The notes under the pieces are model-generated. The model did not search any database. It had not been told where the DNA came from and worked only from the letters and a program-made list of their open reading frames with translations. Positions 1-10,837 of a DNA stretch of 64,000 bases are shown one piece after another; position 1 is the stretch's first letter; every line of letters starts with the position of its first letter. This stretch comes from a virus. Its lineage: Duplodnaviria; Heunggongvirae; Uroviricota; Caudoviricetes. The stretch spans positions 128,001 through 192,000 of IMG/VR virus record IMGVR_UViG_2881684137_000004. The stretch is one strand, 5' to 3'. The position numbers were made by a program, and so were the translations under genes.

Positions 1-323
1 TATGTAAATACGTTGTCCATTATATGTAGGCTTACCATTAAACTGATAAAGGATTTCACTAGTCATTTATATATACACCTCATGAATTATATATTTATAA
101 CACTTGATAACTGTATAATCATATATTTTATTTCAATAGGGTGAAAACAACCTTTCATATGTTTCAAACCTATTCTATTTTTATATTTAGTTTTTCATTC
201 AATTTTCCTAATAGCACATCCAACTTTACAATCTTATCTTTTAATTCTTCAGATTCTTTTCTCAACTCTCTCATGATCAACTTATTTTCACCTCTTTAAT
301 ATAATTTATGCTTTATATTTATA

Positions 324-352
324 AATATAAACTTATATAATTGTTTTGTCAA
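324..352 (-). promoter_or_regulatory. sigma-A-like promoter
   Basis: TTGACA-17bp-TATATT on minus strand. Confidence 0.6.
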
Positions 353-531
353 TATATTATTTTCATTCTATAAATCCTATTAGAATTAATCAACAATACA
401 GTAGATCGGCTCCACTGTTACTTCTATCCATCTGCTTATATAATAAAACCGAGAAAAGTAAGGGATGAAACAAAGACATTAATGCATTTGAAAAACTCTC
501 TACTTCGGAGGAGAAGATAGATCACAACACA

Positions 532-843
532 TTAATACTCTTCATACCCATCGTCCACATCTATACCAAATACTTCATCGTAGGGAACATTAATTATTAT
601 ATATCCATCGTGAATCAAGTATTTATTTGCTAACACATATTTAACTGGTACAGCAGCTTCAAACTCTGATAAGTCAGATTGAGAATGTTGTTCTGCCAGC
701 GATTTAGGGACTGCCATAATAGAATGCCCACAATCGCTTAAATAAGCGTAGAATGACTTTAACTCATCTGGTAGACCAGGATACTGTTTTGTTAGATTGA
801 TCATATGCTTAATTGACTGTAAGCTTTTTCTCATGTCAAGCAA
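532..843 (-). CDS. hypothetical protein
   Basis: 103 aa ORF, AGGAGG RBS before TTG start. Confidence 0.75.
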   Translation of the reverse strand: MLDMRKSLQSIKHMINLTKQYPGLPDELKSFYAYLSDCGHSIMAVPKSLAEQHSQSDLSEFEAAVPVKYVLANKYLIHDGYIIINVPYDEVFGIDVDDGYEEY

Positions 844-1017
844 AGCCTCCTAGTGTTTTTCTACATATCATTACACTATAGCAGATTATAATTTCATATA
901 CAATGTCACAATTTTTTTTATGTTACTCTATTATCCTCTAATTTCAATAACCTTCTTGCTTCCACTTTAATATGTTATTTACTCGTCTGATTGCTCAATT
1001 ATCTGTTTTATCTATGT

Positions 1018-1443
1018 TTAATCATGATATGCGCTAGCAATAACTTTAGCATCTCTACCAAATGCCCACTTGATCACATCGGCTCCAAGATATCCTCCCA
1101 AGTTACCATAAATGTCGTTATTGTCCCTTAAACGAATCATTGTTTGTAACTGAGCATCTGTTATATCTCTAGTCAATGCGTGTTCTTCAGACCCGTGAAA
1201 AAAATGCCAATAAGGATTTGTATTTAGCATAAACTCAACGTACCAAACGACTAAATCACCATTCGTACGAAGTAACAAACAAACATTAAGCGGACAATCA
1301 TGAGCAACAGATCTGATAATTGCCATGTCTTCGCATGAACCTTCACGCTCAACATCATACCTCTGCCCTAGCTCTACAACATGTTCCTTGATTTCGCTAA
1401 CACCTAAAATACCAGTTCTAGTATAAGTTATTAAATTCCCCAT
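1018..1443 (-). CDS. hypothetical protein
   Basis: 141 aa ORF, AAGGAG RBS. Confidence 0.75.
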   Translation of the reverse strand: MGNLITYTRTGILGVSEIKEHVVELGQRYDVEREGSCEDMAIIRSVAHDCPLNVCLLLRTNGDLVVWYVEFMLNTNPYWHFFHGSEEHALTRDITDAQLQTMIRLRDNNDIYGNLGGYLGADVIKWAFGRDAKVIASAYHD

Positions 1444-1577
1444 AATTCAATCATCTCCTTTTATGTAATTCAATTTTTTTCTTGTCAGTTTCATTAATAG
1501 GAAATGCCGTTTTTATGGTAGTTTCACGAGGCTGCTGTTAATCATCCTCTACGCTGTCATTAATAATCACAGCTGAT

Positions 1578-1820
1578 TTAAAATAATTCAAGTTCATCCT
1601 TAACATATTCGTGTGACCAAAAAAGATCATTTATAATACTTTCCAATTTCTTTTTGTTTGTTGCTCTCAGGTCAATGAAAACAATAAAGAACGGCGAATC
1701 GGTAAATTGTTCAAACAAAGCATACCTAATATTGTGCGATTTCAAAAATTCATTTATTTCAGAATGTGTATTGGATTCTTTGTTAATCATAACTTTCATT
1801 ACAGTTTTCAAAAAAATCAA
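1578..1820 (-). CDS. hypothetical protein
   Basis: 80 aa ORF, GGAGG upstream, bounded by 18-bp sites. Confidence 0.6.
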   Translation of the reverse strand: MIFLKTVMKVMINKESNTHSEINEFLKSHNIRYALFEQFTDSPFFIVFIDLRATNKKKLESIINDLFWSHEYVKDELELF

Positions 1821-1864
1821 CCTCCGATTTTATTTGTCTTGAAACAAGTGTTTCAAGACAAATA

Positions 1865-2224
1865 TTACATATGTGACAATAGTTTTCTAACTTGTTCATT
1901 GTCGAGATTATCGTATACACGAACAACAACTTTAGAATCTGGATGCATGAAATTTTTGAATTTCAAAACTCCATCAATGAAAGAAACGTTACCCAGAACA
2001 ACAAGGGTTTCAATTTCATTTCTATATATGAGTTCGCCAGTTACATTAATTGAAACCTCTAAAGTAGGAGGCTGAAAATCGTCAACAATACTCTTAGAAT
2101 CAATATATCCTACAAAAACGTTAAGCTTCCTCGCAAATTGTTCAATATCTAAACTGAAAGCAAACGATTCACCGTATCTAGTATTCTCATACTGAAATAC
2201 ATTTTCGAAAATTTCCTTTATCAT
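1865..2224 (-). CDS. hypothetical protein
   Basis: 119 aa ORF, AAGGAG RBS, bounded by 18-bp sites. Confidence 0.75.
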   Translation of the reverse strand: MIKEIFENVFQYENTRYGESFAFSLDIEQFARKLNVFVGYIDSKSIVDDFQPPTLEVSINVTGELIYRNEIETLVVLGNVSFIDGVLKFKNFMHPDSKVVVRVYDNLDNEQVRKLLSHM

Positions 2225-2299
2225 AATATTTAATTACTCCTTTTTGTATGGGAATGAAAGACTGGTTTCATATATTAATTTTTACTATATGTTCAACTT

Positions 2300-2506
2300 T
2301 TATATAAATGTGTCGCTGATGTTCATATCCAAATAATCAAACCCACTAGTAATATGTTCAAAATGCACCACAGCTATATCTTTAGTTTGATTTGGAAACA
2401 ATACAAATTCTCCGATATCCCCAACTTTAAGCTCAGGATGATGAGAATTATTCTTTACAGAAAGTACCTTAACTTCATCTCCTTCTTTCAATAAGCTCAT
2501 AATCAA
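2300..2506 (-). CDS. hypothetical protein (SH3/KOW-like)
   Basis: 68 aa, LKEGDEVKV...LKVGDIG beta-barrel pattern. Confidence 0.55.
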   Translation of the reverse strand: MIMSLLKEGDEVKVLSVKNNSHHPELKVGDIGEFVLFPNQTKDIAVVHFEHITSGFDYLDMNISDTFI

Positions 2507-2527
2507 CGCACCATTTCTATTGAATAT

Positions 2528-2698
2528 TTATCCGTTCCCCTCATCTGACTTTTTCCCATCGACAGAAAACATTTTCATTACATTCTTTTGTGCTTCCTTT
2601 TTAACTTCGCGGATCTTTCTGCTTGTAGGATCATTTCCAGTTTCAATAATTTTTTTCATTTCCTCTACACCTTTACGACTAATCTTTGGCTTATCCAT
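2528..2698 (-). CDS. small hypothetical protein (below ORF-track cutoff)
   Basis: 56 aa MDKPKISRKG..., GGGGAG RBS next to 18-bp site. Confidence 0.55.
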   Translation of the reverse strand: MDKPKISRKGVEEMKKIIETGNDPTSRKIREVKKEAQKNVMKMFSVDGKKSDEGNG

Positions 2699-2733
2699 AT
2701 AGTATCATCTCCCCATGAAAGACCGGCTTCATA

Positions 2734-3171
2734 TTAATCACTAATAACAAAACCTTTATGTCCACAATCTTTACATTCAACATTAATATTAATAGAACCA
2801 TCTTGATACCCATCAAGATATTTATTCAATTCAGCAGTAACCTCAGAATTTGAACTTTTACAAATCGGGCAAACTACTAGAAATTTTGCTTGTTCAACCT
2901 GTTTTTTCTTTTCTTCGTTCCATTTCAAATGATCACTCATACTCGTGTCCCCCTCTCCATGTTTCATCACTTTAAGTTTTAACTCGTTTAAATCAATATC
3001 ACAAACATTTGCAACTCTGATTAAACTCTCACCTGATATCCGATTAAGATTTAACCAACCAGTAAACGTCTTCTCATTTTCACCCAACTGCGCTGCTACC
3101 CAGGTCAAAGATAAGCCTTTATCTTCCTTAATAATTCTCTTTAATTCTTTTCCAAAATTCATATACCACAC
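2734..3171 (-). CDS. XRE-type HTH protein with C-terminal Zn ribbon
   Basis: GLSLTWVAAQLG..TFTGWL HTH; CPIC..CKDC. Confidence 0.7.
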   Translation of the reverse strand: MWYMNFGKELKRIIKEDKGLSLTWVAAQLGENEKTFTGWLNLNRISGESLIRVANVCDIDLNELKLKVMKHGEGDTSMSDHLKWNEEKKKQVEQAKFLVVCPICKSSNSEVTAELNKYLDGYQDGSININVECKDCGHKGFVISD

Positions 3172-3184
3172 CTCTCTTCGATAA

Positions 3185-3424
3185 TTACACTAACTCTAAT
3201 TCAGGATCATACTTTTTCAAGTATTCGTTGGCTTCAACCACACTTGCCTTTTTAGTTGAATTCTTTTCGCACCACATTACAGTATCCCAATCAATTTCCT
3301 CAGTTTCCTCAGTTTCGTTTGCTACTCTGAATTTCAATTCATTGAGTTCGCTAACGTAAACTCCCACAACCTCCGATCCGGTGTCAGGACAAGAAAAAGT
3401 TTTTGTGCTGTAGATATCCTTCAT
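3185..3424 (-). CDS. hypothetical protein
   Basis: Start re-set to MKDIY after AAGGA RBS; TTTACA-17-TATAAT promoter lies in the ORF-track 5' extension. Confidence 0.65.
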   Translation of the reverse strand: MKDIYSTKTFSCPDTGSEVVGVYVSELNELKFRVANETEETEEIDWDTVMWCEKNSTKKASVVEANEYLKKYDPELELV

Positions 3425-3547
3425 AATATAATCATTCCTTTTCTCTTTGATATGTATAATTATAACACGATAACACTTCAATGTAAAGAATTTTTTCTTC
3501 ATTATGAAGAAAAAAACGCTTTCGCGTCCTATAGAATCTCAATTTCA

Positions 3548-4156
3548 TCATCCATCTGTTGTGTTTTTCAACAAAGCAGCCAAAACATTCGGTAGTGCCT
3601 CGAATTTCTTTTGATTTATTGTTCTCAACTGCTCGCTTGCTCTTTTCACCTTCTCCCAATCTTTCTTTGTGATTGCAATATCTAATGATGTAAGTGTTAT
3701 ACGGTTACTTTTCTCCCAATCCTTATACCATTCATTTACTATATTGTGAAGTGAGTTTTTATTTTTAATATGCCTTATTTTCTGACCAATAGATTTCCCA
3801 GACCCTTTACTACTTTTTGAAGTTTGGAGTTGGATATTCGAAATTGATGTTGAGATAGGGATTGAAGGTGGATCAGTAATGCTTTGAATTTGTTCTGAAT
3901 CAGCTTTTTGGGACTTGCTTTCCAAATATCTTTTACGGAAATATTCTTGACATGTGCTACAGTACGTCTTTCCCTCCCTATCATTTTCATTCTTACATTT
4001 CCTGCATTTACCTTGACTTGAAAGTAGTGCAGATTCATTGCGTTTGTTAATTCGAAATCTGCATCTATCAGAGCAGTAATCTCTTTCAGGAGAATCATCA
4101 AAAACCACAAAGGTCTCTTCGCAATCATTCGCTTTACATTTGATTCGTTCAATCAT
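3548..4156 (-). CDS. Cys-rich Zn-finger protein
   Basis: C-x4-C..YCSDRC and CRKC..YCSTC motifs; bounded by 18-bp sites. Confidence 0.7.
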   Translation of the reverse strand: MIERIKCKANDCEETFVVFDDSPERDYCSDRCRFRINKRNESALLSSQGKCRKCKNENDREGKTYCSTCQEYFRKRYLESKSQKADSEQIQSITDPPSIPISTSISNIQLQTSKSSKGSGKSIGQKIRHIKNKNSLHNIVNEWYKDWEKSNRITLTSLDIAITKKDWEKVKRASEQLRTINQKKFEALPNVLAALLKNTTDG

Positions 4157-4255
4157 ATTTTATCAGTCCTGTTCCCGTGAATGATTCGTTTCATCCTTAG
4201 TTTATAAAATAATATCAATCTTTTCACCCAATTACTTTCTAACAACTACATATAT

Positions 4256-4819
4256 TTACATCAATTTATACCTACCATCCAGTATATCCTCTAACTGATT
4301 ATTTAAGCTTGCAATCTGATCACGTATGTCCTGTTCAATTTCGCACAGCCTATTAGCATCCTGTACGAAAATTTGCTCATTTCCTGCTCTGATTCTAACA
4401 TACTTAGCTTCATTCCACGACAAATATTCAATAAAGTCTTCGGCTTTATCTGAATCAATGATCCTTACATCTTTCCCCAATAAGAGCTGTCTTTTGTACA
4501 ACTCAAATTGCTCACTGTCGGGGAAAGTAATATTAAGTTCTTTTCGAGTTCTCAAGTGTATTTTACCTGGCTTTAGTAAGTTATCCGATAAAGATGTGCT
4601 CAATTTAACTCGAATTGTTTTTATTATTGCATCAAACAACTCCTTTGAAATCTCAATGCATTCTCCTTTTTCAGTGAATCCTGAGTAGCATTTTAAAGTC
4701 AATGAATAACCATCAGTATCAACTGTACAGAGATATCTTTTTTTATCATAATTAAATCTTTCAGTTGCTAATCTCCTCATATTTAATGTTCCTTCCCATG
4801 TGTAAGTAAAAGTTCTCAT
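4256..4819 (-). CDS. hypothetical protein
   Basis: 187 aa ORF co-oriented with neighbours. Confidence 0.7.
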   Translation of the reverse strand: MRTFTYTWEGTLNMRRLATERFNYDKKRYLCTVDTDGYSLTLKCYSGFTEKGECIEISKELFDAIIKTIRVKLSTSLSDNLLKPGKIHLRTRKELNITFPDSEQFELYKRQLLLGKDVRIIDSDKAEDFIEYLSWNEAKYVRIRAGNEQIFVQDANRLCEIEQDIRDQIASLNNQLEDILDGRYKLM

Positions 4820-4938
4820 TCTTCTTTTGTATAAGCAACAAAGAGAGGATTTTGCGTTTCCACATCAGATGTTTCTTTAATTTTGAACCCTTTATATGTA
4901 AATACTTTCATTTTCGCGATTGAAAACCGATTTGTTAT

Positions 4939-4967
4939 ACAAGCCTCCAGTTCGGCTGAAGGCTTGC
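4939..4967 (-). terminator. intrinsic terminator-like hairpin
   Basis: CAAGCCTCCAG-TTCGG-CTGAAGGCTTG just after stop at 4977. Confidence 0.5.
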
Positions 4968-4976
4968 TGTTATATA

Positions 4977-5327
4977 CTAATCCATTATTAATTTCCTGGT
5001 GAAACTATTCAATTTAAATGCCTGATTTTCTCCATTAATTTCGGGCTCATTATTTACAATATGAAGTTCGTGACAAGGATTATGATCGTCAACCGATATT
5101 GTGATTGTAAATCGCCCTCCAAAACTAGAACCTGAACGAAAGTTTATAACATTTTCTCTGGTTATTTTAAAACCATTAATGATAATCTCATCGCCTTCTG
5201 TCTCTGTTTTTAATAGCTGTAAATCCTTCACAAAGCTTTTATCTGAGCTATAGAAGTTAATCCCCTCTAATTGGACTTTAGTTCCTTCGTTTTCTTTTAA
5301 AAACCGTACTATTTCACTTGTATTCAT
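4977..5327 (-). CDS. hypothetical protein
   Basis: 116 aa, AAGGAG RBS. Confidence 0.7.
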   Translation of the reverse strand: MNTSEIVRFLKENEGTKVQLEGINFYSSDKSFVKDLQLLKTETEGDEIIINGFKITRENVINFRSGSSFGGRFTITISVDDHNPCHELHIVNNEPEINGENQAFKLNSFTRKLIMD

Positions 5328-5379
5328 AAAAAATCATCTCCTTATTATATGGCTATGAAATAAGCATTTCGTGTTACAG

Positions 5380-5727
5380 TTAAGAATTTTCAATTAATAT
5401 TTCTGTAGGAATTAAATGCAAAGACCCCGAAGTTGTTTCACCAAGAGAAAATCCGTTCTCATATTCATAGATAATATTAAATATGGTATATTTTTTTACC
5501 ATATCATAGTCTTGAGAAATAACCTTCTTTTTATTAATAACGTTTGCCTCTTCTGTATATCTACCTAACTTAAGCATATTACTACTATATTCATCAAATT
5601 CATTAAGTAACTCATCCACTACTTCAGAATCAATGTTCATTTTATCAACAAGTTTGTCATAAAGATTCGCAACCATAAGCTGATAGTCATCAATTATTTT
5701 AAATAAATTTGGCTCCAAATGAATCAT
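5380..5727 (-). CDS. hypothetical protein
   Basis: 115 aa, single ORF between two 18-bp sites. Confidence 0.7.
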   Translation of the reverse strand: MIHLEPNLFKIIDDYQLMVANLYDKLVDKMNIDSEVVDELLNEFDEYSSNMLKLGRYTEEANVINKKKVISQDYDMVKKYTIFNIIYEYENGFSLGETTSGSLHLIPTEILIENS

Positions 5728-5769
5728 CTCCTAAAAATAAAGTTTCATTTAAGAAATTGTCTTAGCTTA

Positions 5770-5985
5770 TTATCCTTCAGATAAATTCTTATTTCTTGCA
5801 AACACATTGTCATACTGGATCTTGTCCACTACTATTACTTTATCGCTATGTACGCCGCTCTTGATGATCTCTCTGACTTCATCTTCGGTGATCACCTCTT
5901 CATTGTACAACGCCAATTTAGGTGCTGTAAATGAGCCATGTGGAGCTTCAAATTCGATGATCATAATTTTATCTTTAGTGATCAT
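5770..5985 (-). CDS. hypothetical protein
   Basis: 71 aa, GAGGTG RBS, single ORF between two 18-bp sites. Confidence 0.7.
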   Translation of the reverse strand: MITKDKIMIIEFEAPHGSFTAPKLALYNEEVITEDEVREIIKSGVHSDKVIVVDKIQYDNVFARNKNLSEG

Positions 5986-6023
5986 GTTTTCACCTCAATT
6001 GTATTTCACACAAAACTCAGATT

Positions 6024-6665
6024 TCATTCCCTAAAAAGATCCTCAATGGTTTCCCATCTTTCATTTTCTTCTTCTGCCTGCTGAAGTGCTGCTGGCAGGG
6101 GGACAAGATAAATTGGATTGGAGTTGACTGTTTCGTTCGGGGCAAGAATGAACATGTACCCGTATTTATGGCCAACTAGGTGACTTACAGCGTCAAGCTC
6201 AGATTCTGCGTCTTCACTACTTAGATGAGATGATAATATTTTTTGCCCATTTGCCACAATGATATAGTATGGACTGTGATTACATAGTTCAATTTTAGCT
6301 GAAACCTCTTTATTCATGACTTTCCCTCTTTCGAAAAAAGTTATCTCTTCAATTTCCACATACTCTTCATCATCATCTACTTCATTTTCTGTTAAACTGA
6401 AAATGTAACCATTTTCTAAATATGAACTTATCTTACCGTCGTCATCTACATATTTTATAAAATGTGAAAAAACAATTTGCACTTCATCTTCATGGCCTTT
6501 TCTTTCTATTTCTAACGATGTTATAAACACATCGTTACCTATCGTATGAATAGCATTACCATCTTGCGGCGTGGATATATCTGTAACACGATTGTTTGCA
6601 AATGTAACTGTGCCTTGTATTTGAGGGTACATATCTGATACTGTTTTAATTTCATATTTTTTCAT
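6024..6665 (-). CDS. hypothetical acidic protein
   Basis: 213 aa, GAGGAG RBS, own TTGATA-17-TATAAT promoter; TGA stop lies inside an 18-bp site. Confidence 0.75.
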   Translation of the reverse strand: MKKYEIKTVSDMYPQIQGTVTFANNRVTDISTPQDGNAIHTIGNDVFITSLEIERKGHEDEVQIVFSHFIKYVDDDGKISSYLENGYIFSLTENEVDDDEEYVEIEEITFFERGKVMNKEVSAKIELCNHSPYYIIVANGQKILSSHLSSEDAESELDAVSHLVGHKYGYMFILAPNETVNSNPIYLVPLPAALQQAEEENERWETIEDLFRE

Positions 6666-6780
6666 TTAAAATCTCTCCTCTCTTATTCTCTTGGAATTAA
6701 TTACATTATATCACATTAGATGCTTCATATCAAATATTTTATTCTTCAAAATGAAGTTTTTTTGCTATTGGGTAAATAAT

Positions 6781-9700
6781 TCAACTAATCTCTTGCTTCC
6801 CCCATTTGATTCTAACATTACCTTCAATGTCTCTTTCTTTTGACATCAACATGTCTAGTAAGTTAAAATCCACGCCAAACTTATCATACAATTCTTCATC
6901 GTCAATTTCTTGATTCTTCATAAATAAATTCAACTTCTCTTTTGTCAATATTAATCCGAGTAGGTTGCTTTCGATACTATTCTCATAAGTAAAAAAGTGA
7001 ACCTCCTTTTTGTCAATTGAATTGTAACGTATGAATCTAAAGTAGTACTGACTCATTGTGGCTTCATTCCAGGATAATTCAGGGATAATCACTTTATTGA
7101 CAAATCCTATATTCATGCTGCTACTCAAACTCTGTTGAGTCGAAATTAGTATTCCATTTTTCGACTCTTGAAGCTGCTGGATTATCTGTTTTCGTTTATT
7201 TAGGCTAACTTTATCCCCAGTGATTACGAAAACAGGTCGGCTAGGAAATCTGTATTTTATCGCCTTAACATATGCATTGACAGTTTTTATATGCCGAACT
7301 CCAATGGCAACATACTCATCTTCCCACTTATCAATTTTGTTTAAAACGTCAACAAATTTATTTGGTAATTGTTTACTTTGATACTCCCCGAACACTTGAG
7401 GAGCTGCACAAACTTTTAACATGAGCATTAACTGATTAAGGATCTCAAGCATTCTATCTTTACGAATATTGCCTGTTGACTTAAACAAGTGCTTCATCGT
7501 ATAAAATTCTTCAATTATTCTTTTATACAATTCTTTTTCCGCTGAGTTGAAGCGACTTTTTTGCTGAATAATATCATAAATCTTTTCTCCTCTCACTTCT
7601 TCGAAGGATCTTGTTATTATTGTTTTATTGATTAAATCTTTTAAGACATCAGCGTTATATACATCTTGTGTATGTTGTCCAATACCAAAAACGGTTATTT
7701 TCTCAGGAATGTGAGATTCTGAAAAAAGTCTATATCCCTTATTATAGGCTGGAATAGGCTTTAAATAGTTTTCGTTTCTTACTTCATTTAACTTCTCTTT
7801 ATCATCCTTGTCTCTTTTGAAAATATACTCACAGTTACTTATCATATTGACACTATTATTATAAAGTAATTCGAACTGTGTCGCCGCTTCAGCAATTGTA
7901 TTTCTCGTCATGGTGCCAGTCATAAGCGTTTTATACTTTACCTTTCTGAATACGCTCAAAATGGCTCTGGTGCGTTTAGAAACTGAACTGGACATGTTGT
8001 CAGCTTCATCAAAAATCAAAGCAACTTTTTGTGATTGCATTTTAACGAATTTTTTTATGAACCTTTGATACTTTGTTAATTGGTTGAGTGTTACAATGAC
8101 GATTTGGCCAGGTTGGATGTTGTAAATATCTTTTAAGGTGTTGATCCTTATGAAGTCGAATCCATAACTTTTCAAAATGACTGCCCACGTATTATTAATT
8201 GCAATTGCAGTTGAGACTATAAAGACGTTTCTAGCTTTATTGACCTGCAACCTGTAAACTAGATTTGCAACACCTGACACACTTTTTCCAGAACCCTGCC
8301 CCCATTGTAAAAATCCATATTGCTTTTGGAGAATTTTGTTTGTATCTTCTTTTTGAATCAAATTCAATTTAATACTCTCATTACTATTGCTATCATAGAT
8401 AATGAGGTCATCCAAGAAATTACTGATCTTTCTATTCAAATTCATTTCAGAGTAGTATAGAGCTTGTGCTTTATACTTGGTAATCTTCTTATTTAATAAT
8501 TTTTTATATTTTTTATCCTCAAAAGGATAGTTATTATTTAAGACCATATTAAAGAAAGTATCTTCTTTTTTACCTGTCTTTGATAATGACAATTTCATTT
8601 TATGTGAATAAGCTTTCAATTTTATTCCGTACCTTGTTTTTACTAATTTAATTTCATCTCTTTCTATGTAATGCTGGTTTTTCAAGACTTTCTTCAAATA
8701 TGACAACACCTTATTTTTGGTAATTCTTATTTTCATCCACTCTTCGTATTTCATCGAATTTGGTTTGACTTGGTTGTAATATCTATTAACATATTCGCGA
8801 CATTTAGCATACTTCATGTTTATCTTCGAATTTCTTTTGATGTCAAATAAATACTTTTTAACCTTAAACTCAAATTCATCGTCTGGTTCACTTTGTAGAT
8901 TTTCTAAATATAGTTTACTCCGTATTTTTTCCTTCTCTTCGTAAAGTTGTTCTATGTATTTTTTAAAAATAATGCTCCCGTTCGATTCTTTAGGTTCTGT
9001 TATAGTTAATTCCTGTCCGTTTGAATATATTGTCTCCGGTATATAATCACTCTTTTTTTGGAATAGCATGATTTTAGTTTCAAACCTTTCGACCCCTACC
9101 GACTTAAAAGCATCATCGGGTAATCCAATATGATGAATAAAGTTGAACATTGCATTCATTTTTTTAATCATCCCTGAGTCTGTGAAATCATCAGACAAAA
9201 AAGATTTGGGTACAATGAGCGCTAATATCCCTCCAGGCTGCAAAAGCTCATGTGCTTTCCAGCAATAATAAAATTGACTTAAATATTCTTCTTTATCCAC
9301 TGTCCATTTTAAGTTAAATGGAGGATTCCCTAAAATTAAATCAAATTTAACTCCTGGTTCATAGCTCCTGATGTCTTCACAGCTTGAATTAACTTCCGGA
9401 TATAAAAATCGCATGACCTTGAATGCTTTTATATCAATTTCATTTCCGTAAACATTAGAAAGGTTGGGCAACCAATTAAAGAAGTTACCCATACCAGCGG
9501 TTAAATCTGCTATCAAATCATGCTCAGAAGGTTTTAAACAGTCAATAATGAACCTACATAGATTATGAATAGTGAAAAATTGACCGTTTTCTATTTCTTT
9601 TTTCGCTTCTGTGTAATCGTGAAAGTTATCAAAATCATTAAATGATAACCCATGTAAACCACCGTCTCCAGTGTAAGAATTATAAATGTCTTCCGCTTCA

Positions 9701-9807
9701 ACATTGTACTTTTCAGTTAGTTTATTATCAATCAAGTACAGTATTTTTTCGTTTATTACTTTTCTCTTGTCTTGAGGGATTTCAGTAGGTTGTATTGTAT
9801 ACTTCAT
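6781..9807 (-). CDS. N6-adenine DNA methyltransferase fused to SF2 (SNF2/DEAD-like) helicase, DarB-like architecture
   Basis: GQFFT, DLTAGMGNF (SAM motif I), GNPPF (motif IV); GQGSGKS Walker A, DEAD, TGT motif III. Confidence 0.85.
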   Translation of the reverse strand: MKYTIQPTEIPQDKRKVINEKILYLIDNKLTEKYNVEAEDIYNSYTGDGGLHGLSFNDFDNFHDYTEAKKEIENGQFFTIHNLCRFIIDCLKPSEHDLIADLTAGMGNFFNWLPNLSNVYGNEIDIKAFKVMRFLYPEVNSSCEDIRSYEPGVKFDLILGNPPFNLKWTVDKEEYLSQFYYCWKAHELLQPGGILALIVPKSFLSDDFTDSGMIKKMNAMFNFIHHIGLPDDAFKSVGVERFETKIMLFQKKSDYIPETIYSNGQELTITEPKESNGSIIFKKYIEQLYEEKEKIRSKLYLENLQSEPDDEFEFKVKKYLFDIKRNSKINMKYAKCREYVNRYYNQVKPNSMKYEEWMKIRITKNKVLSYLKKVLKNQHYIERDEIKLVKTRYGIKLKAYSHKMKLSLSKTGKKEDTFFNMVLNNNYPFEDKKYKKLLNKKITKYKAQALYYSEMNLNRKISNFLDDLIIYDSNSNESIKLNLIQKEDTNKILQKQYGFLQWGQGSGKSVSGVANLVYRLQVNKARNVFIVSTAIAINNTWAVILKSYGFDFIRINTLKDIYNIQPGQIVIVTLNQLTKYQRFIKKFVKMQSQKVALIFDEADNMSSSVSKRTRAILSVFRKVKYKTLMTGTMTRNTIAEAATQFELLYNNSVNMISNCEYIFKRDKDDKEKLNEVRNENYLKPIPAYNKGYRLFSESHIPEKITVFGIGQHTQDVYNADVLKDLINKTIITRSFEEVRGEKIYDIIQQKSRFNSAEKELYKRIIEEFYTMKHLFKSTGNIRKDRMLEILNQLMLMLKVCAAPQVFGEYQSKQLPNKFVDVLNKIDKWEDEYVAIGVRHIKTVNAYVKAIKYRFPSRPVFVITGDKVSLNKRKQIIQQLQESKNGILISTQQSLSSSMNIGFVNKVIIPELSWNEATMSQYYFRFIRYNSIDKKEVHFFTYENSIESNLLGLILTKEKLNLFMKNQEIDDEELYDKFGVDFNLLDMLMSKERDIEGNVRIKWGKQEIS

Positions 9808-9815
9808 TTTTTAGT

Positions 9816-10646
9816 TCATCTCCCACAATATTCTTTAGCAAATTTAATAGCACATTGGCTGGATTCGAATTCAATGTCCATTTTTCCATTTTTTAAAAAT
9901 TTAATACTTTTAACTTTGCTCATGGTTTCAATATTACAACGCTCGTAGTTAGCCTGATCTCTTTCATTATCGTATCCACAATACAAATTCCGTATTTCCT
10001 GCTTTATGTTGCAGTCACCGTCTTCAAAATGGGACAGCGCCTTGAATACAGCTTCACACCTATCGCTATTTAGTCGATAATCCTTCCATATGGAATCATG
10101 GCGTGCAAACCATGCATTTAAATTTACTTTGCTGCCTTTGACAACAACTTTGTCAATATCATGTCTGAACAGTTCCTTCAGATTTTCTTTGATTTCTTTT
10201 TCTGCTTTTTCAGCAAAATTGAATCCACCTAGCTGTAAGAATATTTCTTCAACAATATCGCTATAAGTGACACTTTCTTTAAATTTCTTTACTATTATTT
10301 CATTATTAATTGTTATGTTATGTTCACACTCAAAATACCTGCACACTTGATTAATAAAACCTTCCCTTATTTTGTATATTTTACTATTATAGTCATATAT
10401 CTTTAAGGTGTAATAAAAAGCAGTTTCCTGCTTATGAAAATAAGCACCTGATTGTTTACCATATTTTTGCCCATGCTCTTCATTTAATTTTGATATATTT
10501 GAAAGTTGTTTAAAAAACTCTTGATATGTATGTAAAGTTTGTTTATAAATCTCTTCTTGCTCTTTACAAAATTGCAAGTCCTTTTCCGAAAGTCTTGTTT
10601 CGTTTTCAATTTTTACATTTTCAAATTTACTAAGTACATCAAACAT
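9816..10646 (-). CDS. hypothetical protein coupled to MTase-helicase
   Basis: 276 aa, GAGGA RBS, 8 bp from next start. Confidence 0.8.
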   Translation of the reverse strand: MFDVLSKFENVKIENETRLSEKDLQFCKEQEEIYKQTLHTYQEFFKQLSNISKLNEEHGQKYGKQSGAYFHKQETAFYYTLKIYDYNSKIYKIREGFINQVCRYFECEHNITINNEIIVKKFKESVTYSDIVEEIFLQLGGFNFAEKAEKEIKENLKELFRHDIDKVVVKGSKVNLNAWFARHDSIWKDYRLNSDRCEAVFKALSHFEDGDCNIKQEIRNLYCGYDNERDQANYERCNIETMSKVKSIKFLKNGKMDIEFESSQCAIKFAKEYCGR

Positions 10647-10837
10647 GTTATTTCCTCATTCCTATATTTTTTTAAAAAAATCCCGTTCGAAAATTTAGCT
10701 GCTGTTATAGTCAGAAATGAAAACCCTTATGTTTATTGTGTTTTTTATTCCTTTATACTACGATGAAACTGTTATTTTATACTATAGTAAGCACTCCAGT
10801 AAAAAAAGAAAACTGAAGTGCTTATTGATAATAAAAC

